IMG/VR virus record: IMGVR_UViG_2713896896_000009
Coordinates: 1-37,881 of that record
Length of the DNA: 37,881 nucleotides
Reading direction: 5' to 3' (one strand)
From: a virus
Taxonomy: Duplodnaviria > Heunggongvirae > Uroviricota > Caudoviricetes
The notes beneath the pieces were generated by a model. That model did no database searches, was not told the origin of the DNA, and saw only the letters and a list, made by a program, of their open reading frames with translations. Position 1 is the first letter of the stretch. Each line of letters begins with the position of its first letter. Below are positions 8,883-18,148 of the stretch, piece by piece. The translations under genes were made by a program, and so were the position numbers.

Positions 8883-9158
8883 GTGGCTAACCTGCAACTT
8901 GCCGTCAAAGGTGAATACTTCGATGCCATGATTCGCGGAGAGAAAACAGAAGAGTATCGCCTGGTTAATTCATACTGGTCTCGCCGTATATTGGATAAGA
9001 GCTATGATCGATTGATTATTACTAAGGGGTATCCGAAACGCGACGATTTAAGTCGCAGAATTGATGTCCCATATGGGGGATATGAGATCAAGGTGATAAC
9101 ACATCCACATTTTGGACCAGAGCCAGTAAAAGTATTTGCTATTAAGTTGACTCAATGA
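8883..9158 (+). CDS. ASCH/PUA-like domain protein
   Basis: GTG start after CAGGAGG chosen inside track ORF 8802-9158; GEYFDAMIRGEKTEEYR resembles the ASCH beta-barrel signature. Domain call is tentative. Confidence 0.5.
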   Translation: MANLQLAVKGEYFDAMIRGEKTEEYRLVNSYWSRRILDKSYDRLIITKGYPKRDDLSRRIDVPYGGYEIKVITHPHFGPEPVKVFAIKLTQ

Positions 9159-9418
9159 CCGATACCACTAAGAAAAAGACGTTAAATAACATACATGAAA
9201 AGTATGATTATTTTACGGATACCGCTTGCTTGCTGACATCTGAAGAACAAAAGATAGCCCAACTTTTAGGCGATGCATGGAACCTGTATTTAACATTGCC
9301 AGTTGAGCATCCAATGGGTAGAGATGAATTTTGCCGGGCAATTCATCATTGCCAAAATATGGTGTTGGCACGCCCTGCCATCAGGGCGCTGGCCAGTAAG
9401 GGGCAAGGCTATAAATAG
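9155..9418 (+). CDS. Hypothetical protein
   Basis: 87-aa ORF overlapping the upstream stop (ATGA); no family recognised. Confidence 0.45.
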   Translation: MTDTTKKKTLNNIHEKYDYFTDTACLLTSEEQKIAQLLGDAWNLYLTLPVEHPMGRDEFCRAIHHCQNMVLARPAIRALASKGQGYK

Positions 9419-9425
9419 ATGAGCA

Positions 9426-9452
9426 AAACGCCCTCCTCCAGGGCGTTTATTT
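9426..9452 (+). terminator. Rho-independent terminator closing the accessory operon
   Basis: Stem aaacgccct / agggcgttt with loop cctcc, followed by a T-rich tract. Confidence 0.6.
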
Positions 9453-9906
9453 CAATGCACAATAGTGCACAAATTTGCACAATTTTTTTGAACGACTTTT
9501 TACCCTTCCGGCCCGCATGGCGGCTGGATCCGTCAAGGATCCGTGCGTGCACAAAAAAACGCGTTTTTTCTGCGCGCAGGTGACGGGGGAACAGCCCGCG
9601 TTTCAGGGGGTAAATAGCATTCCCTGAGCGATGTCGCAGCGACACAATAGAATGGCTGTATTTCTCACGCTGAGCGTGAAAAAGACGTAAGGGTTTTTGA
9701 TTTGATGGGTTGAAAGGTAAGGCCGTCAAAATCGCACTGAGGCGGCGAGAACATACAGTCAACGCGGTGGGATTGCGTAAGAGTCTGACCGTCGATGGTG
9801 GCGATAAACTGGAAGGCGTCGTGAAATTATCTGACTGATACAGGAGCTGGAGAGTCGGGGCATAAATTTTTTATGCCCCGGCGAAGCAGCAGACAAGCGA
9901 AGCGCG

Positions 9907-10953
9907 TCAGGCTGTGGGCTGGGTGTCTAACAGTGCGTAAGGGTTAAAGCGGATCACCTCTTCGCCCAGCCAGTCATTGATGTGCTTCATGGCCTCCATT
10001 ACGGGCATCAGCTCGTTAATTGCGTAAACCCGCGCGGCCTTCTCCACATCACCAAACGCACTTTTTTCACCCGGCATCGCCCCCATCAGTTGCGGCGGAA
10101 CGCGGTGCGCAGCCAGCACATCATCACGGGATGCCGCCTTAACATTCATGAACTCATCCTTTGCGGTGATCTGCTGGAACGGCAAAATTTGCACCCCCTC
10201 TTTGCCCCCGTTGGGCGCATGAATGAGCACGTTTTTAAACGCACCACCACCACGTGCACCCTGTAGCGTTTCTTTCAGGGAGTCCATGCTTTCGCGGTTT
10301 ACCTGCGCTGCACCGATGTAGATGATGCACCCGGCGTGGGATCCGTTGTCGTAATACAGTTTTCTGAACATGTCCGCCGAATGAGACAGGCTGGCCGAGA
10401 GTAATGCGCCGAGATATTCCGGCATGCCGTAGATTTCCTGGTTAATGTCAGGATTCATCAGGTGGCACACTTTACCAGGGCGAAACTGAAACGCGTCCTT
10501 ACCATCCTGCACATACCACCATGATTCAAGATCGCTTCCGCGTCGCATGTATTTCGCCAGGGCGTGCCGTAATTTAAGCGGTTCGCCGAGCATATTGCTT
10601 CGAAGCTCAAGGAATGCGTTACCGAACACAAACCAGTCCAGCGCCAGCGCCGAGAAATCCTGCCGGGAAAGCAACGGGTGCGGGATGTAGCAACCGAGTA
10701 ATACATTGCGCTTAAAGTAAAGCGCAGACTGATGCCAGGACGTTTGCCGGGCAGCTCTTGCCAGACCGTACCAGTCCACCGGGGTTTCATACCACCGCCC
10801 GTTATCAGCACAGTACATATTGTCCAGCAGGTCATGCCCGGTCAGGCGATAAGGACCATCAAATGTGAATGCACTGAGCGACGATTCTTTCCTGAGCGCA
10901 TCAGCGAGATCAATGCGTGAACTCATGCGCACTTTTTTATTTTTTCTGCTCAT
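9907..10953 (-). CDS. Q: Portal protein, P2 gpQ family
   Basis: 348 aa at the P2 Q position, transcribed away from the capsid operon; start overlaps the terminase stop (ATGA). Confidence 0.88.
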   Translation of the reverse strand: MSRKNKKVRMSSRIDLADALRKESSLSAFTFDGPYRLTGHDLLDNMYCADNGRWYETPVDWYGLARAARQTSWHQSALYFKRNVLLGCYIPHPLLSRQDFSALALDWFVFGNAFLELRSNMLGEPLKLRHALAKYMRRGSDLESWWYVQDGKDAFQFRPGKVCHLMNPDINQEIYGMPEYLGALLSASLSHSADMFRKLYYDNGSHAGCIIYIGAAQVNRESMDSLKETLQGARGGGAFKNVLIHAPNGGKEGVQILPFQQITAKDEFMNVKAASRDDVLAAHRVPPQLMGAMPGEKSAFGDVEKAARVYAINELMPVMEAMKHINDWLGEEVIRFNPYALLDTQPTA

Positions 10954-12704
10954 CAGAACTCCATAACCGTGAAACGCTCGTTTTCTCCTTCGCCGCCAAT
11001 CGGTTCGTTAATGACTGCAAGCATGGTTGCCCACGCAAGGTCGCCGTGGCTGATCCCCCTAGCACGGTCCGTTTCGTAAGTAATGAAACCACCCGCCGTT
11101 TTTACCTTACGCACGGCGTTAAAGGCCGCAACCAGCTCGCGTTCAGCGCGATCGTATTCCCACCGTCCGGCACGCATTATTTGCAGCATTTTCAGTACCA
11201 GCGACCGTTTTGATGACAGCGTGAAGGTGTACGGGATAGCCGCAGGGAAAAACCGTTTCACTATCTGATAAACAGCCTCCCCGTTCCCGCCCGTCACATC
11301 AATGCCGATGTGTTCCACGTTGTAGCGATACGTGAACTCTTCAATGACTCTGGCCTGTTCTTCAAATTCCAGCCCCTGAACGCGTCGCGTCTCCACCGTT
11401 CGAAAACGGCCACCAGGAACAGTCGGAGGAACCACCACGGACACAGCGCCGCTGTCGCCGTTGCCACTGCTGCCGTTTGCGTCATACCCAATCCATACCG
11501 GGCGATTCCCCATCGGGCGGGGAGCAAAAGGTTTCCAGTCTTTCCAGTCGTCGTATCCGTCAACACCGCAGCCAATCAGGATATTCAGGTTAAATGCCGA
11601 TTCCCCTTCGCGAACAAATTCACACATATAGAGATTGCGGAACTCGTCTTCAGTGTTATTGCGTCGGATTTTGTCAATGCTGGTTAACGTCCATCCCTGA
11701 TTGACCACATCTTCCAGCGTCACAATTTGCCGCCATATGTAGTCAGGGCAGATAAGGCCGTTATGAAGTGCATTCCAGCTCACATCAAAATGCTGACGTT
11801 TATGAGCACGAAGCCCTTCATTCCAGCGATCACCATTCCAGTATGCATACGCCTCATGTGTTTCACTTGATGGCGTGGAAAAATAGGTACACCGCAAACC
11901 ATCCAGCGTTGCCATAGCAGCGGCCACCTTGCGCAGCTCTGTGAAACGCCCCGTCCAGAAAAACTCATCAAAATACAGATTCCCCGTGTACGATTGCGCG
12001 GTGGCCGCAGAAGTGCCGAGAAAATGCATCTCTGCGCCGTTGGAGAGGATAATTTTATCGCCCCCTTTCAGCTCCACATCAACTTCAGATGCAGCCTTCT
12101 GAATGATGTTTTTAAACTGGAACGCCTGACGACGCGACGCTGACAAAAAAATCTGGTTACGCTGGTAAGGTTGTGCCACATCGTCACGTAACGCCATCAG
12201 CAGTGCTTCCTGTGCAAAATACCAGGTCGCCCCAATCTGTCGGGATTTCAGAATCATCCTGTCAGTAACTCCGGCACGCTCACAGGCACCGATAGCATCA
12301 AACCATTTGCGCTGATGTCCGGCCAGCCTGCTGGTAATTTTTTCCCGCAGTGCGGCAATCTGTTCCGGCGTGAAATGATTTTTAAGTTTTTTCGCCCGAC
12401 CTTTCTTTCCTGTGGCCTTCGCATCCGGCTGGCCATCATGCAGTTTTTTAAGCTGCCGGGTCAGCAGGTCTATTTCCTTGAAGTCACCACCTGTTTTATT
12501 CTGTTTTTCAGTGAGCTGGATGAGGCGCGCATCGATGGACTGCGTGACACGCTGCACGGGTGGCGTTTCATCCCACTGGTCGCGTTTTTTCCACGCATAA
12601 ATCGTGTTCGGGTTTATTCCCATCAGACGTGATATTTCTGCGGGCGGGTAACCCTGCCAGTAAAGTTGTCGCGCACGCTGGCGCACAAAAGCGTCCTGAA
12701 TCAT
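10953..12704 (-). CDS. P: Terminase large (ATPase) subunit, P2 gpP family
   Basis: 583 aa, co-oriented and coupled with Q; length and position match P2 P. Confidence 0.92.
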   Translation of the reverse strand: MIQDAFVRQRARQLYWQGYPPAEISRLMGINPNTIYAWKKRDQWDETPPVQRVTQSIDARLIQLTEKQNKTGGDFKEIDLLTRQLKKLHDGQPDAKATGKKGRAKKLKNHFTPEQIAALREKITSRLAGHQRKWFDAIGACERAGVTDRMILKSRQIGATWYFAQEALLMALRDDVAQPYQRNQIFLSASRRQAFQFKNIIQKAASEVDVELKGGDKIILSNGAEMHFLGTSAATAQSYTGNLYFDEFFWTGRFTELRKVAAAMATLDGLRCTYFSTPSSETHEAYAYWNGDRWNEGLRAHKRQHFDVSWNALHNGLICPDYIWRQIVTLEDVVNQGWTLTSIDKIRRNNTEDEFRNLYMCEFVREGESAFNLNILIGCGVDGYDDWKDWKPFAPRPMGNRPVWIGYDANGSSGNGDSGAVSVVVPPTVPGGRFRTVETRRVQGLEFEEQARVIEEFTYRYNVEHIGIDVTGGNGEAVYQIVKRFFPAAIPYTFTLSSKRSLVLKMLQIMRAGRWEYDRAERELVAAFNAVRKVKTAGGFITYETDRARGISHGDLAWATMLAVINEPIGGEGENERFTVMEF

Positions 12705-12858
12705 TGCTCCCCCTGAGTAATTACAGGAAGATTACCCGCGCGCGAAACCGTTCTCCTTAACCCCCTGTTCTGGCCGTTTTCTTACAACAAAAGCCCTTTG
12801 TATCAGCCTGTTACGCTTTGCCATCATGACTGAAGAACCAGTCAGAGGGGCAAAAACT

Positions 12859-13695
12859 ATGGCTAATGAAAAAAAGACATCCCGCAAAAAGTTTCGCGTG
12901 GCTGTCTCTGGATCAACTGTTGATGGTCGTGAAATCAGTCCGGTGCATCTGCGTGAAGCCGCTGAGAACTTCGACCCGGATGTTTACGCCGCCCGCGTGA
13001 ACGTTGAGCACTATCTCTCGCCATGCCCGTCAAGCGAATTTTCCGCAATGGGCGATGTCACCGCGCTGAGTACGGAGGACATTACGGAAGGTCCGCTGGC
13101 CGGGCGTACTGCGCTGTATGCAGAAATCGAACCGACCGAGCGCATGAAGAAGCTTGTCGCTGACGGCAAGAAAATTTATTCCAGTATCGAACTGCACCCG
13201 CAGTTCTCCGTTAACGGGCGCGCATATCTGGTCGGGCTGGCGATGACCGACACCCCGGCAAGCCTGGGCACTGAACGTCTGAAATTCACGGCACAGCAAC
13301 GTCAGGCAGTGATGAAATTCAACAGTGTCCAGGGTGAGGCTCCGCTTATCTCCGAAGCCATCGAGTCTGAAATCATCGAAATGGCAGAACAACGCCAGGA
13401 AGAAGGCGCTCAGTGGTTTAACCGCATAATGGGAATTATTGGCCGTAGCCGCAAAGCGGATGACGCCAGTTTTTCCCGTATTCAGGAAGCGGTGGAAGGC
13501 GTCGCAACGTCACAGGCCGACATTATAGACCGTTTTAATGCACTGGAAGCCCGCCATAAGCAGGACTGCCAGAAAATCACTTCACTGACCACAGAGCTGA
13601 CAGCACTGAAGGGAAAACTGCGCACGCAGGACGGCGATCCGCAGAACCGGTTCACCGCAACGGGCGCAGCCTCCGACCAGCTGGCTGACTTCTGA
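12859..13695 (+). CDS. O: Capsid scaffolding protein, P2 gpO family
   Basis: ATG at 12859 after GAGGGG; MANEKKTSRKKFRVAVSG...VDGREISP...LVGLAMTDTPASLGTE parallels P2 O as I recall it. Confidence 0.88.
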   Translation: MANEKKTSRKKFRVAVSGSTVDGREISPVHLREAAENFDPDVYAARVNVEHYLSPCPSSEFSAMGDVTALSTEDITEGPLAGRTALYAEIEPTERMKKLVADGKKIYSSIELHPQFSVNGRAYLVGLAMTDTPASLGTERLKFTAQQRQAVMKFNSVQGEAPLISEAIESEIIEMAEQRQEEGAQWFNRIMGIIGRSRKADDASFSRIQEAVEGVATSQADIIDRFNALEARHKQDCQKITSLTTELTALKGKLRTQDGDPQNRFTATGAASDQLADF

Positions 13696-13718
13696 CAAGA
13701 CAAAGGAGCAAATTTTTT

Positions 13719-14771
13719 ATGAATCTGGTGATGTCAGATAATGCCCGTAACAAGCTGGGCTGCTACATGACGCAACAGGCGTCGCTTAACAATATCCCGG
13801 TTTCTGCGCTGGTATCGCGATTTACCGTCAATCCGGCGGTACAACAGCGTTTTGAAAACGCCTCAAAGGAAAGTACCGAATTTACGAAAAGAATTAACGT
13901 GATCGGCGTGACCGACCAGAAAGGCGAAAAAATCCTCCTGGACACCACAGGACCGATTGCGCGCACGAATACCAGTTATGACGGCACGGACCGCCGCAAC
14001 CCGATTAACGTTGTTGACCTGAAGTCCCGCCAGTACCAGTGCGAACAGGTGAACTACGACACGTTTATTTCGTATCCGCAGCTTGATGCCTGGTCAGCGC
14101 ACAGCGATTTTCAGGCCCGCATCAGTGCACAGATTGCCCGACAGGTGGCGCTTGACCGCATCATGATCGGCTTCAACGGCACATCACACGCGGAAAAATC
14201 CAACTTCAGCACCAACCAACTGCTTCAGGACGTTAACGTGGGCTGGCTGGAGCATATCCGCAACCACGCCAGCGAGCGCGTGATGAACGATGTGACGCTG
14301 ACCTCCCGCAACATGGACAATACGGTGGCACACGCGGGTAAGTATGCCAACGCTGATGCACTGGTACAGGATGCACGTTCATCCCTGCTGGATGAATGGC
14401 ACAAGGAAGCTGACGACCTCGTGGTGATTATGGGGCGCAACCTGTTTAACTCGCTGCGTCTGCCCGTGCTGAACAGCATCAGCGGCCAGAATCCCAATGC
14501 GGAATTACTCGCCGGGCAGCTCATCCTGTCATCGCGCACCATTGGCGGGCTGGGCGTGTTCCTTGCGCCGTTCTTCCCGGATTCAACGATGCTTATCACC
14601 TCGTTCAACAACCTGTCGATTTACTGGCAGAAAGGTTCAATGCGTCGCCTGATGAAAGACGAGCCGGAATACAACCGCATCGCCACCTACCAGTCCATCA
14701 ATGACGCTTATGTCGTTGAAGACTATGGCAAGTGCGCGATGGTCACTGGCCTGAAGTTCGCCGACAGCTAA
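13719..14771 (+). CDS. N: Major capsid protein, P2 gpN family
   Basis: 350 aa; shares blocks with P2 N (ARVMNDVTL, LVVIMGRNL, YVVEDYG); AAGGAG upstream. Confidence 0.93.
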   Translation: MNLVMSDNARNKLGCYMTQQASLNNIPVSALVSRFTVNPAVQQRFENASKESTEFTKRINVIGVTDQKGEKILLDTTGPIARTNTSYDGTDRRNPINVVDLKSRQYQCEQVNYDTFISYPQLDAWSAHSDFQARISAQIARQVALDRIMIGFNGTSHAEKSNFSTNQLLQDVNVGWLEHIRNHASERVMNDVTLTSRNMDNTVAHAGKYANADALVQDARSSLLDEWHKEADDLVVIMGRNLFNSLRLPVLNSISGQNPNAELLAGQLILSSRTIGGLGVFLAPFFPDSTMLITSFNNLSIYWQKGSMRRLMKDEPEYNRIATYQSINDAYVVEDYGKCAMVTGLKFADS

Positions 14772-14781
14772 TCAACTCACG

Positions 14782-14794
14782 NNNNNNNNNNNNN
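14782..14794. other. Assembly gap (13 N)
   Basis: Run of N characters in the supplied sequence. Confidence 0.95.
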
Positions 14795-14813
14795 GGCGGG
14801 CATCATGCCCGCC
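14795..14813 (+). terminator. Perfect palindrome ggcgggcat-c-atgcccgcc after the capsid gene, possibly truncated by the gap
   Basis: 9-bp inverted repeat directly abutting the N run; no clear T tract. Confidence 0.3.
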
Positions 14814-14830
14814 TGTAACGGAGAGAAAAA

Positions 14831-15628
14831 ATGATTACTCCTGCACAACAACACTGGCAGAACGTGATGGCACAGCGCGCAGGCCGGGCGAATGAAGGCG
14901 TGGACCACGCCGCGCGTACCGCGCATGAAGAGGTGCTGTATCGTCTGCGTCTGGCACAGGCCCGGCTTAAGGGCGTACAGGCCAGAAGCGCGAAAGCCGC
15001 CATCAAAAAAGAGTTGTTGCCGGATTTTTCAGGCTGGATTGAGGGAACGCTGGAGGCTGACGGCGGGCAGCAGGATGAAGTGATTGCCACGCTGATGGTG
15101 TGGGCGATTGACTGCGGCGATCTTCCGCTTGCGTTGCGTATTGGTGCGTATGTGGTCCGTCATAACCTCATTATGCCGGATAACTTTGGCCGTACTGCTG
15201 CCACGGTACTGACCGAAGAAATCTGCAACCCGGTACTGACGCAGGCCGGGACGGATGCTGACGCGGATTTGTCCGCCTTTATCGAACCACTGGACACCCT
15301 CCGGGAGATTGTCACAGACCAGGACATGCCGGACGAAGTGCGCGCCAAATTATGCAAGGCGTGCGCCTTTGCCCGTCGTGGTCTGACCGATGCAGACAAC
15401 ATGGCCTTATCACTGAAGCTGCTGCGCGAAGCGATGCACCTGAACCCTAACGCAGGTGTGAAACGCGAGATTGCAACCCTTTCCCGCGCCCTGAAAAAAG
15501 CCGATTCCGCAGCCGCACCAGTTGCCAGCGCACAGCAGGCGCAGGACGAAAGCAGCAAAAGTAAAAAGACAACGCGGAAGCCTGCAATACGAAAAACCAC
15601 CGCGACGCAGAAGGCGAAGCGCGGTTAA
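14831..15628 (+). CDS. M: Terminase small subunit, P2 gpM family
   Basis: 265 aa at the P2 M position; PDEVRAKL and GVKREIATL blocks recalled from P2 M. Confidence 0.88.
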   Translation: MITPAQQHWQNVMAQRAGRANEGVDHAARTAHEEVLYRLRLAQARLKGVQARSAKAAIKKELLPDFSGWIEGTLEADGGQQDEVIATLMVWAIDCGDLPLALRIGAYVVRHNLIMPDNFGRTAATVLTEEICNPVLTQAGTDADADLSAFIEPLDTLREIVTDQDMPDEVRAKLCKACAFARRGLTDADNMALSLKLLREAMHLNPNAGVKREIATLSRALKKADSAAAPVASAQQAQDESSKSKKTTRKPAIRKTTATQKAKRG

Positions 15629-15729
15629 CGACTGACCCCGTCAGCGGGCGGCGTGCGCGGTGTTCCGGTTTGACTCCGTGACCGTTTACACCGCGCACCC
15701 ACCGCCCGATTTTTTCAGGAGTGAACCCC

Positions 15730-16224
15730 ATGAGTATGGTTGCCAGAACCGAAACCCGCCCCGCAGAGGATGACATCACTGATACCGATGATGGCGATAC
15801 CCGTATTTCTGCGGGGGCATTCTGGCCGGATATTGTGCTGCGTGAGCTGCGTCTGGCGGTACGACTGCCGGGCCGCGTGACCACCTCCCGCCTGCTGCAT
15901 ACCGCCACCGGGGCGGTGGCCCACGTTACCCGTGAGCTGGAAGCGTGGCAGCAGGAACAGCAGGCAGCCGGACACGAAACGCTGGCCGATGTCCCGGCGC
16001 CATTAATTAACGGAGAAAGCGTCAATCTCTGGCACTGGCGCAATGCGGTTTATACCGCCACCCGTGCCCTGATTCTGGAGCGTTACCGCGATGCGGACAC
16101 AACGGATAAGGGCGAGCGCCGGGCAGATGCACTGGACGCACAGGCTGCGGACCTGTGGCGCGATGTGAGCTGGGCCATCTCTGACATTCTGGGAAGACCA
16201 CGAATGTTTGCGGAGCTGTGCTGA
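15730..16224 (+). CDS. L: Head completion/stabilisation protein, P2 gpL family
   Basis: ATG at 15730 after CAGGAG; LADVPAPLINGESV, RYRDADTTDKGERRADALD and LWRDVSWAI parallel P2 L. Confidence 0.85.
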   Translation: MSMVARTETRPAEDDITDTDDGDTRISAGAFWPDIVLRELRLAVRLPGRVTTSRLLHTATGAVAHVTRELEAWQQEQQAAGHETLADVPAPLINGESVNLWHWRNAVYTATRALILERYRDADTTDKGERRADALDAQAADLWRDVSWAISDILGRPRMFAELC

Positions 16225-16424
16225 TGAAAGTGAAGGCACTGGCAGGCGACACCGTGGATTCGCTCTGTTTCCGCTACTACGGCATGACGCAGGGCGTCAC
16301 CGAAAAGGTGCTGGATGCCAACCCAGGGCTCTGTCAGCAGGTATTTCTGAACGCCGGGCAGGAAGTGGAGATGCCGGAGCCGGAGAAGAAGAAACGAGAA
16401 ATGATTCAGTTGTGGGGAGAGTAG
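16224..16424 (+). CDS. X: Tail protein X (LysM-like), P2 gpX family
   Basis: 66 aa; MKVKALAGDTVDSLCFRYYG...VLDANPGL parallels P2 X; ATGA overlap with L. Confidence 0.85.
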   Translation: MKVKALAGDTVDSLCFRYYGMTQGVTEKVLDANPGLCQQVFLNAGQEVEMPEPEKKKREMIQLWGE

Positions 16425-16426
16425 CG

Positions 16427-16750
16427 GTGAGCACCATTCAAACAGGGATCACAGAGCAGGTTATTGCGTGGCTCCTTGACCACCTGCCAACGGTGTATGC
16501 AGTAGGCGCGGCGGTCAGCATTTCCGCGCTGATGAGTCTTTATGACGGACGAACACTGGTTCAGACCGTAACGGGATCGCTGGCGTGCGGCGTTCTTGCC
16601 ATGGCTGTGGCCGGGTCGTTGCGCTTCTTCGGTTTTCCTGAAGATGCCGTGACGTTTATCGGCGCATCAATCGGTTTTATGGGGGCAGAGAAAGCACGCG
16701 ACAAGGTTATTGCGGCCTTTAATCGCAGGGTGAAGGAGAAAGACGAATGA
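16427..16750 (+). CDS. Putative holin
   Basis: GTG start after GGGAGA, 3 nt past the X stop; hydrophobic segments (VIAWLLDHLPTVYAVGAAVSISALM, SLACGVLAMAVAGSL); sits at the P2 holin position ahead of the endolysin. Confidence 0.6.
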   Translation: MSTIQTGITEQVIAWLLDHLPTVYAVGAAVSISALMSLYDGRTLVQTVTGSLACGVLAMAVAGSLRFFGFPEDAVTFIGASIGFMGAEKARDKVIAAFNRRVKEKDE

Positions 16751-17139
16751 GCAACACATTTAAATTCAGCAGCCGGAGCGAAAAGAATTTGCAGGGCGTA
16801 AATCCTGATCTGGTGAAAGTGACCCGACGGGCACTGGAAATCTCGGAAGTGGATTTTGGTATCACCGAAGGGTTGCGCAGCCGTTACCGCCAGAAGCAAC
16901 TTGTGGCCACAGGTAAGAGCCAGACCATGAACAGCCGCCACCTTACGGGACATGCCGTGGATGTTGTGGCTTATATCGGCAGTCAGGTGTCATGGGAATG
17001 GCCGCTGTACGAAAAAATCGCAGCAGCATTCAGACAGGCCAGCCGGGAACTGAATATTCCAGTGGAATGGGGCGGCGACTGGAAGACCCTGAAAGACGGA
17101 CCGCATTTTCAGTTACCACACGGAGCCTATCCGGCATGA
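16747..17139 (+). CDS. Endolysin, M15-family L-alanyl-D-glutamate peptidase type
   Basis: 130 aa with the zinc-peptidase motifs SRH...HLTGHAVDV; replaces the lysozyme-type P2 K. Confidence 0.75.
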   Translation: MSNTFKFSSRSEKNLQGVNPDLVKVTRRALEISEVDFGITEGLRSRYRQKQLVATGKSQTMNSRHLTGHAVDVVAYIGSQVSWEWPLYEKIAAAFRQASRELNIPVEWGGDWKTLKDGPHFQLPHGAYPA

Positions 17140-17543
17140 AGCTCTGGCCCACGCTGGGTGTTGCTTTCCTTCTGATTGCCGCATGGGGAACATCCATGCG
17201 TCTGTCGTGGTCGCTGGGCCGGGAGAACGCCAGAAACGAAGCGCAGGCCAGCGCCCTGAAAAGTACCGTAGACACCCTGAATATCATCAGCACCGGGGTA
17301 CAGGATATGCAGCAGGTGCTGGCGCAACTCCGCGTGGAAAATCAGCAACGCAATCAGGATGGAGAGGCCAGACGTGAACAACTACGCAACGATATTGCAA
17401 AAGATGAATGCGCCCACGCTTTGCCTGACGCTCGTTTTACTGACAGGTTGCGCAGGCACGCAGAACGCGCCACTGCCAGCGCCATCGGCCCGGCTTATAC
17501 CGCAGACGCTGACCATACCGGTAACGCCTCCCCCCTTCCCTGA
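17136..17543 (+). CDS. LysB/Rz-like inner-membrane spanin
   Basis: N-terminal TM (MKLWPTLGVAFLLIAAW) followed by a charged coiled-coil-like region; overlaps the endolysin stop. Confidence 0.6.
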   Translation: MKLWPTLGVAFLLIAAWGTSMRLSWSLGRENARNEAQASALKSTVDTLNIISTGVQDMQQVLAQLRVENQQRNQDGEARREQLRNDIAKDECAHALPDARFTDRLRRHAERATASAIGPAYTADADHTGNASPLP

Positions 17544-17694
17544 TACTCCCACCTGGGGAAACCTCGGTATATGGGGCGACCGCCTTCTGGATGCACTGGA
17601 AACCTGTAACGCGGATAAACGGGCCATTGAATTACTGGAGCAGCGCAGACTGCAACGACTGAACAACGAGGACAACAGCCATGCTGAAAACTGA
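17404..17694 (+). CDS. LysC/Rz1-like outer-membrane lipoprotein spanin, overlapping lysB out of frame
   Basis: Signal peptide with lipobox (LVLLTGCAG) and a proline-rich region, in the +1 frame inside and beyond lysB. Confidence 0.6.
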   Translation: MNAPTLCLTLVLLTGCAGTQNAPLPAPSARLIPQTLTIPVTPPPFPDTPTWGNLGIWGDRLLDALETCNADKRAIELLEQRRLQRLNNEDNSHAEN

Positions 17695-18148
17695 TTCCCT
17701 GCGTGAAGCCATGACCCGTTCATGTCGATGGTGTCACGCCAACCCGGAGAAATTCACCATTTTCGTGGAGAGCGGCAACATTGAAACGACCGGAGAAACT
17801 CCCTCGTTTGCTTACCGCTATCAGATGGTGATGTTTGTCATGGATTACGCCGGGGAGCTGGACGACCTGACTCTGCCGCTGCTGGCGTGGTTATCGGAGA
17901 ATCAGCCGCAGTTGTTGCTCAACCCTGAGCGTAATCAGGACATCAAATTTTCTGCCGTTATTAATGACGATGACAGCGCCGACATCCTGTTTACACTGCC
18001 CCTGCGGGAGCGCGTTCGCGTCACGCGCAGCAGTCAGGGCACACCACAGGCAGAACACCTGCCGGAGCCAAAACCCCGCCTGCCATCTTCCGAAGGCGAC
18101 TGGTCACATGTATTCCAGGATGTGACGTGGGGCGAAAGCGATGGATAA
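17681..18148 (+). CDS. R: Tail completion protein, P2 gpR family
   Basis: 155 aa; MLKTDSLREAMT...LLAWLSENQP parallels P2 R. Confidence 0.85.
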   Translation: MLKTDSLREAMTRSCRWCHANPEKFTIFVESGNIETTGETPSFAYRYQMVMFVMDYAGELDDLTLPLLAWLSENQPQLLLNPERNQDIKFSAVINDDDSADILFTLPLRERVRVTRSSQGTPQAEHLPEPKPRLPSSEGDWSHVFQDVTWGESDG

